In this document: one piece after another, positions 40,901-64,000 of the stretch
Position numbering within the stretch: position 1 is the first letter of the stretch
How the letters are laid out: each line of letters starts with the position of its first letter
Assembly: GCA_040954595.2 (NCBI GenBank)
Contig: CM082589.2
Location: 5,453,186 to 5,517,185, forward strand
Direction of reading: 5' to 3'
DNA length: 64,000 nt
Source of the DNA: Balanoglossus misakiensis
Lineage: Eukaryota > Animalia > Hemichordata
Made by a program: the position numbers and the translations under genes
The notes under the pieces: model-generated
Databases searched by the model: none
Told to the model about the DNA's origin: nothing
The model's input: the letters and a program-made list of their open reading frames with translations, nothing else

Positions 40901-43900
40901 CAAGAGAGGAATTAGAACAAGCTGAGGATGGTAAGTGGGAGCTGGACTTTTAAAAAAAGGCCATTATCATTTCTGTTTGCAAGTCCTGAAAGGAAAATAA
41001 TTTCAAATTTGTGTCTCCTTGCCAGCTCTGAATAGCGTCAGGGACTTAAAACCAACCTGTGCACCGACCGACGTGTACAAGAGAGTCAATGAAAGCATGA
41101 ACGATCTGATCGATAAATTCCGGGAATTGATCGACGAGAGCCAACAGACCAGCCGGGTGCTGGATGAAGTGGAGACTTTCAATGAACTAAACAGGGATCC
41201 GGATTACAAGGTAATTACCTGATAATCCTTCAGTTAAGCTCCACACATGATTAGGCACCAAACACCAGCAAAGACTAGAACATACCTAAGACAGTTTGAT
41301 GATCCATCTGCATATGATAAAGGCAACATATTATCCATTTTATTTTTGCTGAACAGAAAATCATAGCTGAAGTGCAAGACAAGTTTGGCAACGCAGAGGG
41401 TGACGTGGAGGAATCTCTAGATCTTCTCAACGAAGCCAGAGAGTTTGTGGATGATGCTGAAGAAGCTGTGCAGGTAGGTGTAATCAGAAATGTCCTGTAG
41501 TTATGCAATTGAAATATCACGTGCATAAGCATCATATATGTGTAATAGATTCCATGAACGTCTTGGACCAGTCACGTTGCTGTATATGTAATACGGAGTT
41601 GCTGTTTCCTTTACACAGACCACAGCTCTGGAATCATCCAAGCTGGATGCCGGCATCACACAGCTGGATCCGTACGTCGGCTTTCTCAAGCAGCAGACGG
41701 AAGACCTGGATCCTCTGGTTACCAACGCTACCATCCATGCGTACAATTTAAGAAGGCAGGCCGATGAACTGGATAAGTATGTGGCAGTCAGTTCATCATA
41801 TTTTGAGATGTGACTACCCCCATTTGGTTCTTTTGGTAGCACCTAGCTGGGATGAACAGCAACAGGGATGTTCTACATTTACATCATTGTGGGGAACAAC
41901 TCGAATCCTTATACACCTCATACACTCTACCTATCAGACCTTCATAGCAAAGATGTTTCTTTTTACACTACAGGTTGATTGAAGATACTCGTAGGTATGG
42001 CGAAAATGCCTTGGAAGCGGCCAAAGCCTATGAGAATATAGGCATCGCAATCGACGACGCACTTGTTGCTGCCCAAGCAGCCAAGGAAGCAGCAGATGAT
42101 GCCAAAGATAAGGTTTGTTTTTTTTTTTGGTCCCAAAAACATCTTGGCTCTGTCGTTTAGGTTCATACAAATAACTGAGGATTGAGCAATAAGCAGAAAT
42201 AATGACTATATACACAATATATTTGTTTTATCAGTCTGAAGGCCAAGCAGACAGAGCTGAGGCATCACGAAAGAAAAGTGACAAACTTCGTAAGAAAGCA
42301 AAGCAAGCAAAAGATACAGTGGAAGGTGGTAAGTACACACAAAATTACATTTTTTGTGTGAAATTTTTGTCATGGGAGCATGTCAGATTATTTTTTTCCT
42401 CTCAGCCATAGAATAAAAACTAGTGACCAATTTGCCTAACGTTTACATTTTGTAGATAAGTACGTGCTGTGGCCTACTTTGTGGAATAAAATCGGCATAC
42501 ATGTAGCTGTGTTAACATTGAGGTTTCCTTTGCAGATCTTTCTGACCGACTGGACAATGCACAGCAGAGTGTAAAAGAAGTGGAGAGATTGAACAAAGAA
42601 ACTGATGAAAAATTGGATGTGATCAAGAATGGAATATCTACGATTCCCTCAGGTATGTTCTAGCCAGCAAAACTCCTCAAAAGGAGCACTTAGAAAAACG
42701 TGTAAAATCCAGGAATTTGTAATCATTTTTATGTGGTCATCTTAGAGCATATGAATCAGCCAATTCTCATATACATAACTGACAGTACTCGGAAATCGGA
42801 CCTAAGAAACCTTGTGTAGAGGGTGGACTTATCACATGTTTGGGTGTTTTTTTCTATTCTCAGACGACTTGGCAGCCGAGGCCAGAAAAGCCATGACCGA
42901 TGCGGAGAATGCCAAGGTCAAAGCCGAGTCGGCCTTGGACAAGATCAGAGACATTGCTGATGAACTGCCCGACAAGAAACTGCAACTGGCAGAGATACCG
43001 AACACCATAGACGCTGCCATCAAAGCAATGGACAGGGCAGAGTCCAAATGTAAGAATTTTTTAAAATTTTGATGTCCTTTTCATAAAGTTACCCAGCTTG
43101 GAAGAAAACGTCTGAATGATGTCATACAAATGCAGGTCACTAAGGGTTAACTATAGGCTTACACTGTCACAGCTGCCAAACAAATCTTGAAGGTAGAAGT
43201 TTGCAGACATAACTCTACCATGCATGAACATTCTGTCTGCCATCTTTCAGTGAACAAGTTGAAAGAATCACTCCCCAGGGCTCAAAGGCTGATGACTGAC
43301 ATGGATGCACAGAAACAGAGGGTGATGGACATCAATATGAAAGCCATGGGTAATTTGACGGAGTTGAAAGACAAGATAGACAGAGCCAGAGATCAAGCGA
43401 ACAGGGTGTGTGCATTTGTTTTTTTTTCGTTCTGTTTATCTACTATAGGCACTTTTTTTCTATTCGAAAAGCATAATACTGAAATGCCCAAAACTGCAGT
43501 AAAACCTGTCTTGAATTTTGACCTTTGCCGTGTGATTTTTCCTCCCAGGTTGAACTTGCCATGACGTTCCGTCCCACAACCACTGTACAACTGCGATCCG
43601 TTCGCGACACCGAAACTCCAGCCACCTTCACGACCTTGTCGTTGTATTTCAGTACGTCTCAGAGAGATGGTTTCCTGACGTACCTGGGTGGGCATACAAA
43701 GGGGGTAAGTCTTACAAACTAGCTGGCATACATTTAGTTACCCTCAAATCAATGATTAAACACACCTCCTTCATTTTACCCAATTTACCTTTTTATCACT
43801 TTACCTGGCCACTATTGCAACCTGTGTGACATAAAGAAGAGGTTGAATAAAAAAATCCGAATTTACCCCTGTCATCAACCGGAAGTTTTCCCCATGCATT

Positions 43901-45439
43901 TTTCAGGATGATTACATCGCCATGGAAATAGTTGATGGTAATGTACATCTTTACTACGATATGGGATCTGGACCGGCGACGATCAGGAGTACGAAAAATG
44001 TAGCCGACGGCAAGTGGCATCGAGCCATTGCAAAGAGGTGTGTCAAGTGTCTTTAGTTGAATTATGCAAGACAGGTGTGTGATGTAGAAGGCACATCCAC
44101 GTCAATTCCCAACTTGACTTCCTATGTGCATATCATGGGCAAATGAAAGATTTCATTCTTCTAGCTTTGTGCACTTCCATTTTATGACCTCTGCGTTTGA
44201 CATTGAAACATGTTCCCTGACAGGAATGGCAGATTAGGAGAGCTGATTGTGAAAACTGAAAAAGAAGCTGATGATATCGCGACAGGCGATTCTACCAAAC
44301 CTTTTGCAATCTTGAATCTTCCCGAAGATTCCAGGTTCTTTGTTGGAGGTGTACCACAAGAGTTATCAAGAGATGTAAGTCATTGTTCTTGTCGTTCAAG
44401 CCCACAAAGGTGCCAATTTTTGAATTACTATACTTTGATTCACGATGTTACTTTCGAATTTAGAATGATGGGTACATGCACACAAACATATTTATCAACC
44501 TCTAATTGCGACTGAACATTTAAATATGGACAAATTAAATAATACAAATACAACTGAAATTTATTCTCTTTAATGTAGCTTCCAGACACCATTAGAGAAA
44601 ATCGTTTTATTGGTTGCATCGTCGGCCTGGAGTTCATGGGTGATGCATACGGACTGTGGAATTTCGCAGAGGCTGCCAATGCAGACGAAGGTTGTCAAGA
44701 AAGGTGAGACTTGACTGCCCTCTAGTGTTGGATTATCTGAGGAACACCACGCTATTGAACTCCGAAGAGACCAATATTACATTTGCAAGTTTTCCGCATT
44801 CCAAAATGCAGTTCCATTTATGCATAATTTATGCATAATTCCTCATTCCAGAACCGACGTCGAAGCCACAATCGAGAATGTCTTCCGGTTGGATGGCGAC
44901 GGAAGCTACATCATTCTGGATAAGGGCGGAGTCAGACCCATCAGTTCCAACGTCAACTTCAGATTCAAGACTTTTGCTGACGAGGGATTGTTCTTCTATG
45001 CTGGCCGTGATGTGAGTGTACATAATGTACTGTACAGTGTCAACGGAAATGTGTTTTTTTACGGCAATCTTTCACAGGTTGCTCTTTGTGTATGGCATTG
45101 TAGTTTTTAGACTGAAATAAAAAGGAGATGACTGATGTCTGATGCTTTGCTATTTTATTTCAGAGAGACTATTTGGCCGTTGAACTCAAAAACGGACGCG
45201 TATTTTACCACTACGACTTAGGTGGTGGACGGACCGAGATAGAGTCTCGCGAGAAATACAACGATGGATCATGGGTAACAGTGGAAGCCAAACGAAGTAA
45301 AAATGTCGGTCAATTAACCATTAACGTGTAGGTAGAAATACAGTCTAACTGTGTTTAATGTTTGTCGCTTTTTCAAGACTCATCGCAAGAAAAAATCTTA
45401 ACATTAATTCTTTCACTTATTTTGACAAAACATGCTTTG

Positions 45440-45480
<41 letters not shown>

Positions 45481-48400
45481 CAGCGATCAAGAGAAACTGC
45501 GCGTAGAAGGACCAGAGGGACATGTTGGTCTTGACACTGGTGATGAAATATACATTGGTGGTGTTGCGAGGGGTGTTGCACTCCCAAGGTAAGTGCATAT
45601 TCTGTGTAGAACAAGAAACAGCCTTTAGTACAAATTACAAAAACACTGGCCAACCCTGAGTTACAGCTAATGTCTCGGCCTGTAAAACTTTACTGAGATG
45701 GCCAAAGAATGGTTAAAATCGACATAAATTTTCATCTAAATTAATCATCTTGACGTTACCATTCCAGTTCTGTGACGAAAGTGGCATACCGAGGCTGTAT
45801 CCAGGATGTGCAGCTGGGAAGAGAATCCAAGGATAATTTGCATCTAAACATCGGCTCCAAGGGACTCTACAATGGATGCCAAGATTTGGTGAGAATTTTC
45901 TATCGGAGATAATTGTGCAAGTTGCGAAAAATTGCCAACTATGTAGCATCACTGTGGTCATCTGGTTTCCACTTGCATATTATATTCGAGGAATCTAACT
46001 CTAACCGTCGTCATCATCGTCATCATCACCCCATTATTAATAATTTCTACTCTATTTCACAGTCTGCCAGAACAGTCACACTGTTAAACGACGACAGCTA
46101 TGTGGCACTACCCTCTGTCAATATCAACAAAAATTTCGATATACAGCTGAGATTCAACACCAAAGAAGACACTGGTTTGATTTTATTCACTTCTAACAAT
46201 GACCAGGTGGGTTACAGATTCATGGCGCTATATTCCTCTCCTGTGCATTAGACCTTTAAAATACTAGAGGATAAAACCATTTCAACTGTAGTTGATATAA
46301 ACACAACAAGAATTATAAAACAAGCATCATAAGCTGGGTCCTCTTATTGAAAATTAGCAGCATAATTTAACTAACAGAAAAGCTGACAGAGACAAAAATA
46401 AAATAAAAAGGAATTAAAAAATTTCATGATTCAGAAGACGTATATGTAAATGCCCTTTTTTCCGTTCCAGACCAATGCATTTTCACTGGCTCTTGTGAAT
46501 GGAGCTGTAGTTGCCCAGAACAAGGCAAATGGTAACACAGTGACCGTGGCAAGTGCAAACACCGGCTATGCAGATGGGAAGTGGCACTACGTTGATGTTG
46601 TCAAATCTGGCACAAAGTGAGTCTTAATTTCCATCTTCAATATGTCTCTGTGCATGTCTGAGTGAAACACAGTAAATGAATACTTGTGAGACACACATAT
46701 ATACAATGGACATATACTCTCATACACAAAAATGTGATAAAGTGTTTGATAGCAAACAGAACCACTATATGCATATTTGCATGTATAAGTATTTGTGTTT
46801 GCAGCTAGTCCACGATAGATGGAAACCACAGTTCAAATGACCATGGCATGGTTATTATAAGTCAAAACCCTTATGTGCAAGTATTCTTGTTTGTGTGGCT
46901 TTCATATGACATCATCTTCACCACTGTCCCAAAACACTGCAGCAGAGTGCATTGATTAATCCCGGAATAGGCCCCATAAATAATCCTCCATTCCATTCTC
47001 ATCTCCAGGCTAATGCTGACTGTTGACGACACCGATCCTGCTACAGACCCTGGAAGTGGCAAAAAGAAAACGGCCACAACAACACCGTTATACTTCGGCG
47101 GGACTCCAGCGAGCGTTCCCATTAATCCGGATGTTGTTCCCACAACGGAAGGCTTTGTTGGTTATCTGTCCGATGTTACAATCAACAGCGAGTAAGGAAA
47201 CTGTTTTGTGGGGTATATTGACAGAGGAATAAGCAAATTGCATTGTCACACATTTTGAGATACCCTGTATTAAATATAACGTGATCGTCCAGACAGTTTT
47301 TCCTGTGAGTTGAATGTTAGGTTCTCAAATGTTGTCTCAACCATGTCTGTTGGTCCTTATTGTCTGTCTTGTTTTTCATTTTCTTTAACAGATTGCAAGA
47401 CTTTGCCATGGTAGTGGATTCCAATGACATCTCACTTGCTGGCTACAAACCGTCCGACGATGAAGTCGAAACCGAAGGAGAGCCAGACGAACAGCCATTA
47501 GAGGTTAGAGCTCCCGTGACAACACCAGTCATGGCGACCACACCAGTTCCCAGCATATGTGCCCTGCCTTTGGATCCGGCCGTCGATCCCGGAAAGACAG
47601 ACGACGGGACGAAGTTTGGAAACTCTGTTGACAGTCGACATGTGTATGATAAGTTCTTGGGATCCGTCCGTGTCAGGTGAAGGAAATCATCTTTGCAGAC
47701 TGTTTCAGTAGACTCACTGTGTGTGTCTTAGTTCATGTTTTCTGGAAATGTGCATGCATAGGTGGAGTTTTCCAACTTAGTCAGGCAACAGTTTTCAGAA
47801 CTTTTGCCTCACAAATTGACAGTAACTTTTTTATCATAATTGTCAGTTAAGTCAATATTTTTGCATGTGACTTTGGTAATATTGAAGTCATGTGATATTT
47901 TACTGATCACCCTTTGAGTGGGTTTAGCCAATCAGGATATCTGGTTCATAGTTGAACTCTGGTATTCATGTATGATTCGCTGATGGTTTATTTTTACCTC
48001 TTCAGGTCAGAGTTCACAGTGGATATTAAGACCCGGGCTGTCAACGGTCTGATTTTCTACATAGCTGATGATAGACAGGTGGATTTCATTGCTCTGTACA
48101 TGCACAAAGGCTACGTTGTCTACGCTTTCAATTGCGGCAGTGGGACGCTGACTTTGAGAAGTGAACGAAAAAAACACAACGATGGCAGATGGCACTCGGT
48201 GAGTTGATTAACTCGGTATTTTTCCGAGGGCTATGGCTCTCCTGGAAAGTCTCAGATCAGAAATTCTGAAAATGTAAACCTACTGGTTGGAAGTCCAAGA
48301 ACACGGATACTGACAGACTAAGTCAATGTCCCTTTATTTCTAGGTGAGATTTTTCCGAGATCAAGCATTTGGGGAACTGTTTGTCGACGGGCAACGTGCT

Positions 48401-48510
48401 GCAACAGGCAGTGCGCCTGGGGTGGCTCGCTCCATTAATGAAAGCCCTCCTTACTATGTTGGTGGAGTAATGGAACCAGATAATGCTAGAAATGTACCTG
48501 TAAGTAGTAT

Positions 48511-48565
<55 letters not shown>

Positions 48566-50348
48566 TTCATTCATTTATATGTTTATATATTTGTTTGTTT
48601 GTTTATGTATTTACATGTAAACTATTTATTTTCGTTAAAAATATTTAATTGGATTGGCAACAGGAACCATGTAACATAACATGTACAAAAAAACTTCAGT
48701 AGGAATTCTTGTACATGTGTTATAAAAAATGTATCTTGGCAACTCTAACAATAAGATGTTTTTATTTCCATTTTGTTTTTATTTGTATTGTACAGGAAAA
48801 GTCTCAAAGAAGTTTTGATGGGTGCATCAAAAATTTCAAACTTGCTTCTGTCGATCTGGGTGAGCCAGTTGGAAGGTTCGACACTGGGCCCTGCATGACC
48901 AACCTGGAAGATGGCATGTTTTTTGGTTCCAATGGTGGATACGTCATTTGGAGTAATTATAGTTTTCCGTTATAAGTCTGAAGTCAGTTTCTCATGCTGT
49001 GAACCTATACATACGGACTGCCTTAAATAGAGGGAACTATGGAAATTTACTTTCTATAGCCAAATAGTACCTGTTTGCCGAGAGAGACATTGCGCATATA
49101 CCAAATCTGACCATAGAGGGTACTGGTACTACCAGTAGTTCACCAGTCACTCACACACACAAAAAATTTTCATGTTTGCACCCAAACTCAGATTCTGTGC
49201 CACTACAGAGCAATTATAAAGGAAAACGCGTCTCTATTTAGTTTTCCCTTTTTTATCTTTTCAGGCGACAGTTTCAAAGTGGGCCTGGATCTGGATATAT
49301 CGCTCGAGATAAAACCCAGATCGTTGTCCGGCGTTATCTTGTCGACCCAGAGTCCCAGGGGAGAATTTATGTCACTGGAGCTGGTGGATGGAAATGTAAG
49401 TGTGTTCTAAGAGCAAGTAGTAGCAAAGTACAGCAGTAACTTCCAAACAAAGTGTGATTACCGACTTGTCTATTAGGCATTGCTCCTGTTAAAAAAAAGA
49501 CATCAGCATGGAAACAATAAATAACCCAAGAATCTTTTATTCTTGCTTTTTTGTTAAGGTTATCTTCAGCGCTAACAACGGAGCAGGTGAATTCTCTGCG
49601 GTCTTCGAACCGGACAAGGTCAAAGGTCGGGAATTCTTGTGTGATGGAGAGTGGCACTCAATTACTGGTAAGAGAAGTTCACTGCTCATTCTCTGTTACT
49701 TTTCAGTATGAGAGCGCAAAATGCATAATGTAACAATGTACCGGTACACTGCCAGGCAGCCATGCCGAGTGTACAGATACATTAAGGCCCCAATAGCTGC
49801 CATATGTTTTATTAATAAAATACTCATTCTTGTCATGACAGATATGTTTCTCATTTCTTTTTGTTTATTTCAGCTCTTAAGACCAAAAATTTGGTGGTTC
49901 TTACAATCGACAATGCTAACCAACAAGTTGGCTTTGGGGATGATTTGTCTAGTTCGACAGATACCAACGATCCATTGTATATCGGTGGCTTGCCGGGTGA
50001 GTCCATTTCCCATTATCAAATTCCCAGGAATTTGTCTTGGATCTCTCTTCCCAAAGATTCTGGGCTCTGAAATCTCACCTCACATTTACACAAGAAGCAG
50101 ACACAAAGTGCAGTCCAGTTCACATTCAAAATAATGCCTATCCTGTAACGTAAAGTAAGATAATAGTTTGATTTCCAAACTCTTTTTTTTTATTTCTTGC
50201 AGATGGGGTCACGCACACAGGCATCACAACCAACCAGAACTACGTTGGATGCATGCGAAATTTGAATCTGGGCAATGGAAACGAAAACTTAAACGATGCA
50301 GCAATGCTCGAGGGTGCTGTACAGCTCAACTCCTGCCCTCTCACATAG
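7961..50348 (+). CDS. LAMA5: Laminin subunit alpha, alpha3B/alpha5 (LanA)-type, about 75 coding exons
   Basis: Exon 1 (7961-8368) encodes a signal peptide and the LN start ([14 protein letters not shown]...[23 protein letters not shown]...[17 protein letters not shown]). Exon 2 is 24665-24901 ([17 protein letters not shown]...), exon 3 is 25024-25194 and exon 4 is 25639-25852 ([20 protein letters not shown]). Then come a long LE/EGF array (~26.1-29.6 kb), a large globular domain (~29.7-33.8 kb), LE repeats, an L4 domain (~35.6-37.1 kb, FLGNK-ITSYGG), LE repeats, a coiled coil (~39.6-43.4 kb) and five LG domains (~43.5-50.3 kb). The last exon is 50203-50348, ending ...[12 protein letters not shown]. 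The long short-arm architecture is that of alpha3B/alpha5/Drosophila LanA. The symbol names the closest vertebrate class, not a proven one-to-one ortholog. Confidence 0.95.
9890..9974. mobile_element. Short ~90-bp non-autonomous element (CCCTTTCACC...GGTGA family)
   Basis: Clearly homologous to 34164-34255 (ttacccattcaccaccatggttcatcccaaacccattgttttct...ctctatagagggaactgggggtgaaagggttac) and to a degenerate copy at ~36597-36675. The family has imperfect terminal inverted repeats resembling TTAACCCTTTCACC/GGTGAAAGGGTTAA. Confidence 0.6.
9999..10141. mobile_element. MITE-like element with ~30-bp imperfect terminal inverted repeats
   Basis: Left end is taagggatgaaccaattgatatccgggg; right end is ccccaggatatcaaatggtccacccctaa. 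A similar left end occurs at ~2354-2400. Confidence 0.6.
13911..14233. mobile_element. MITE with TTAA ends and ~30-bp terminal inverted repeats (Kolobok-like geometry)
   Basis: Left end ttaaagccccatgagctgccatattttgca; reverse complement of the right end ttaaagccctaagagctgccaacttttgca. A related left end occurs at ~49782-49806. The superfamily call is inferred from the TTAA plus purine-purine termini. Confidence 0.7.
22420..22714. mobile_element. Degenerate MITE-like element with TTAAAGGGACAT terminal inverted repeats
   Basis: ttaaagggacat at 22420-22431 and atgtccctttaa at 22703-22714. Similar ends occur at ~18272 and ~28291. Confidence 0.45.
34164..34255. mobile_element. Short ~90-bp non-autonomous element, same family as 9890-9974
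   Basis: ttacccattcacc...ggtgaaagggttac forms imperfect terminal inverted repeats. The internal sequence is shared with 9890-9974. Confidence 0.65.
37636..37965. repeat. (TTCA)n/(TCCA)n tetranucleotide microsatellite in a laminin intron
   Basis: Direct observation. It is the source of the spurious FIHS-repeat ORFs. Confidence 0.95.
45440..45480. repeat. (GATT)n microsatellite directly upstream of a laminin acceptor site
   Basis: ttgattgattgatt...gacag. Confidence 0.9.
48508..48570. repeat. (ATTT)n microsatellite in a laminin intron
   Basis: Direct observation. Confidence 0.9.
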
Positions 50349-51298
50349 GCTGGTCGCTTTGACTCGTTTGTTTCCAAGGTTACCCACTGACTGAAATAAT
50401 GTCTACTGTTAATCAAAATAGAAATCCACAATAATTAGCAGTTGCACATCCAAGAGTCACATATTTACACAACATCATTTCAATTTGTGGATTCACCTAA
50501 ACTGATCACTATATTACCGTTAATGGTGTATTCCAAATAGAACAGTTGATATAACTACTGTATAGATTTAGTAAACATCGGAATTCAACAATCACAAAAA
50601 TCATCACGCAAGGTATAAACTTTCAATATGTGCGTTAGCTACCTGCAAGGTCTCGTAGAGTTTAGAAAATGGTCCATTAAATTACTGAAATGAAAGAAGC
50701 TACACTGATTAATGCTGCACATAGACTGCGAAATGTGCATATAAATGCACATATGCATGTGATTAAGTATTTTCGTATTTCAATGAAATTTTTAAGAACA
50801 CCTTTGAATGCCAAGTTCATGCCATTTGATGTACAGTGAAGTAGTTTTGTGTGTGTGTGTGTTTTTAGGAGGGTGTCATCTTCAAATGTCACGCGTTATT
50901 TTTTTATTTTACACATTTATTTATTCTTCGTAGTTGGCTGGCATTCTTGAAGTATAAATAGCTTCTCTTTGGTGCCACAGTCCCTGGTTTTCACATTAGT
51001 TGTTTTTGAGAAACGTCAACGATACTGTTGGCAGATTCAACATTGGTATATTATGTGTCAGTCATCACTATAAATTAGACACAGATTCCATTAAAAGTGA
51101 TCTAGCTAGTCAGATTTTTATATGGGTGGACACACACAAAAAAGTAGCCAAATTATATACAATTTAATATGCAGAAAGCTTGAAGCGCAAAAATTTTTTT
51201 TGTACAGTATCTCTTTTTTATATTTCAAATATTTTTGCACCAAAATGTTTTATACGTGCCAAGAGTACAGAGTAGTTTATATAACGCTTCCCTGCTGC

Positions 51299-51304
51299 AA
51301 TAAA
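51299..51304 (+). terminator. Candidate polyadenylation signal of the laminin alpha mRNA
   Basis: AATAAA about 950 nt after the stop, following an AU-rich 3' UTR-like stretch. Alternatives are ATTAAA at ~50676 and AATAAA at ~51586. Confidence 0.35.
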
Positions 51305-51681
51305 GATAACTTTTGTAATAGAACGTGCAAGTCTGTGATTGACGTAGTTTCTGAAAATCCTGCAGTGATGATCATTTGTGTGGGACTGTCTGAAAGAAAA
51401 CGATTATGTGGGGTTTTCCTCAAATGACAAATGTGGATTGCATTCAGAACAAGAATACACCACTCCGCGGTCCCTAAAGATAATGGTATCGCCCCAGATT
51501 GTACGGGCTTTGGAATGTGGTAACCATGCATAGCATTACTGTACTGGTAGCCCGAGCGGTAGTACCTTTGACGCCACCAACAGCAATAAATAACTGGCCT
51601 TTTGTTTTTATCGGTTGGTTCATTTGTCTATTCAGGATCTATTTAGTAGTCCCTAAGACAAATCAGTGATTACAGGGACAA

Positions 51682-51804
51682 TCTAGCTGCAATAATTGTA
51701 GCCTTGGTGGGGTGGGCTGGTGTATCGCTGTCGGCTGGCAGCGATCAGGCCAGAAGACAGCGATACACCGGCCCACCACCAAGGCTACAATTATTGCAGC
51801 TGGG
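51682..51804. repeat. Near-perfect long inverted repeat (hairpin/foldback, ~48-bp arms)
   Basis: Left arm agctgcaataattgtagccttggtggggtgggctggtgtatcgctgtc; right arm gacagcgatacaccggcccaccaccaaggctacaattattgcagct. They differ by a 2-nt bulge and one G:T pair, and the inner ctggc/gccag also pairs. Confidence 0.85.
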
Positions 51805-53728
51805 ATCAGGTCCAGACTTTCATGTTTCAACGAACGACGAGGGCGCACGGGGTCAAACCCATATTCGATAATCGAATAAGGTTGACCTTATAAAGTTGAC
51901 TTTTATATTTGCACAATGTTATAAATACTCAACAACAACTTTAATATGTAACATTAACTGTACAAGATTGGTAATGTCTAACTCGTGTAACATATTACAT
52001 TTAAAGTTTGGTATTTTGAAATATTTTGAAATCATTGGAATTATAAATCGAAAATAACGAAAAGGTTGTGCCCCCATATCGTTTCTGTGCATTGGAAGAG
52101 GTGGACACAATTTGTCATTGATTAAGAAGGAACTATAGCCATTTTATATTTTCGTATGAACGTTGCCCATTCGCTGGACCCGATTTTCTGTGTACGATGT
52201 GTATGCGCATAGTTAAATATTTATCTTTGCCAACATGCCACTGTAACCACGCTCCTCCATACAAAGGTTACGAGTGAATGAGACGTGTTCTGTCTTGGTG
52301 GCCTTAACTGCCATTATAAATGCCACCGTTTTATCTAACCTCAGTGACCTTAGAGGTGTTTGTCTTGTGAAAATAACATCGGTAACTGTCAGGTCTGCTT
52401 TTTAACAATAAATCTACTTTGCCACGAGCGTGTCGTTATTCTGTTCATAACTTGCGAAAACAGAAACGCAACGAGCTAGATTATTATAATCAGCGCCACA
52501 CTTCAGTCAAAGAAGCAGTACTTATTACCATGAGAAGGATTTTAGACTCTGAAATGTGGAGGTGAATGCAGAAGGAAATATCTTCTATCTAAAATATATT
52601 AAACCGGGAACAATTTATCTGAAAATGAGTTAATTCATTCAATAAACACTCACTATGAATTGCGTTTAGAAAATTGACAAATACAAACGTACAAAGCATA
52701 ATTATTAGCTCCACTTCTGTCAGATGTTGCATGGCGTGTACGTGCTATATACTGCCTGCTACGCTGTTAACACTTGCTGCAATGTTTTATATATGGTTGA
52801 AATGTTCGACGTGGGTTGCTATCGAACTGAATGATCAGGTCAAATCAAGTTGCCACGAATAAAATTTGCCCGATCAGGTCTATAGGCTAACGTCAGTCGC
52901 TGAATATATTGAATGATGGTCGTGGAAGGAATTAAGTCGTGGAGATTAATTTCATGAGTAGTTGTCGTAAAAAAGAAAATCGTACACTGTTGTCACTGTA
53001 CAGTTGCAGAAGCTTACATTGTCGACTATTTGATTTTTCGATATCAATCAATGTTTTCAATCGTATTTTCAATCCGATTCATCACCTTGTTATAATACAT
53101 ACGCTGTGTACAATTTTCATGGGATTGACAGGAACGATAATTCTTTCCAGTTGCGAAATACGTCTTTTGTTTCACATTTACGAAATTTATACGCAATACA
53201 TAAGCAGCAAGTACCACATAAATTTTGCAGATATAACTTTTATGACATCCTCGAAATATTGGAGAACAGTCAGTCGCGATTCAATATAATTTGTAGTAAT
53301 CCGTGATAATATATATTCAGGTACAAAACACTACTTTGCACTTTAAAACATGTAATACTCCCAATATGTAGGAGAAATACGCACTATACAGACACTTAGC
53401 ATTATAATATTTTCAATCGTTGAAAGTTAGACAGCTATAGAGCAGAGCAGACCGAAATTCAAATTCACTCAGCCGTCTTTATTCTCACTTGTCGGATGCA
53501 GTGTGACAACAGCGTTGGTGAACGTCGACGTGGAGCAACGTCCATTTTTATAGTTGCCAGTGCAATCGCGACGGTGCTATACAAGGAATGTGAAAGAACA
53601 GACAACAGTCTGTCAAGCAAGGAAAATCACATGAGATACTGACGCGCATTCTGTAACTTTTAGGAGGAAAAGGTGTGGAATTCAAAATAAAATGACGCTA
53701 TAGCTGTTTGTATCTATCAACGCTTCTA

Positions 53729-53881
53729 GTCACGTGAGATATGTGACGTAGCTGCATGCATCTGTCCGTTTCATAACGACGCCATTTTAGTAAAGGACTG
53801 TATAAGTTGTTTCTTAGCCAAACTGAAAGATTATACCGTACACGTTCTTGATAACCAGAAAACCTCTGAAAAAAGGTAAGA
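53729..53881 (+). promoter_or_regulatory. Candidate promoter and non-coding first exon of the putative micro-exon gene
   Basis: E-box gtCACGTGa at 53729-53737, CRE-like TGACGTA at 53744-53750, YY1-like CGCCATTTT at 53780-53788, then a strong donor AAG|GTAAGA at 53875/53876. Confidence 0.35.
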
Positions 53882-54354
53882 ATGGATAGCAGTAACTAAA
53901 ACCCAGAAGAATTTTACGATATTGACTCTCCGGCGTTCAAATAAGGGGGTTAAAATGTTACAGCAATTTCTGCCAACGGTGCGTCTGTGTGTGTGTACGT
54001 GTGTCATCGACATACCGAGAACAGCTTATTATATTTGAAGCATATCTGGTGAACGAGTATTGATTCGAGATGGCCAGACCGGATTAAATTTTTTTTTCTG
54101 AACAAGACACATCGTTTCTGATGCGTCACCAACTTTGACTATGAGAAATAATCTCTCTTCCTGTTGCATTTTTGTGTTGGATATAGACATATATCAAAGC
54201 AAAACATCGCCCCTGTGACATACAAAAAATGTTCACGACGTTCACGATTTTGCTGAGTATCTGTCAGTATCCGCCCCCTCTCTCACTCGAAGATTATTAC
54301 CATATTGCAATAATATAGTTATTGTTTCATACCTTTCAAATAACACAACTTTTC

Positions 54355-64000
<9,646 letters not shown>

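Noticed and set aside
24545-50431. Minus-strand ORFs antisense to laminin exons
   Set aside because: They are shadows of the sense coding exons, with no independent gene structure.

Overview
Eukaryotic, intron-rich genomic DNA. It is AT-rich with GT-AG introns and probably comes from a marine invertebrate (inference from gene content). From 5' to 3' it holds: (1) the 3' UTR of an upstream gene, with a SECIS element at ~185-242; (2) a complete 5-exon DsbA/FrnE-like selenoprotein gene (+, 1734-3833) with an in-frame UGA in a U-P-W-C redox motif and its own SECIS at ~3998-4057; (3) a 3-coding-exon gene on the minus strand (6266-5454) for a small secreted prepropeptide with a furin-type site and an 8-Cys mature peptide; (4) a full-length laminin alpha chain of the alpha3B/5 (LanA) type (+, 7961-50348, about 75 exons, 16.3-kb first intron); (5) from ~54.3 kb to the window end, what looks like a ~246-bp satellite but is built as a tandem exon-intron array. 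In that array, near-identical 240-nt units with branch point, pyrimidine tract, AG and GTAAGT flank variable 6-nt segments (also 9 and 12 nt). I count 36 candidate micro-exons, all multiples of 3, and they concatenate into one stop-free frame. This putative micro-exon gene is the most unusual element in the window; it is inferred from sequence only and needs RNA evidence.
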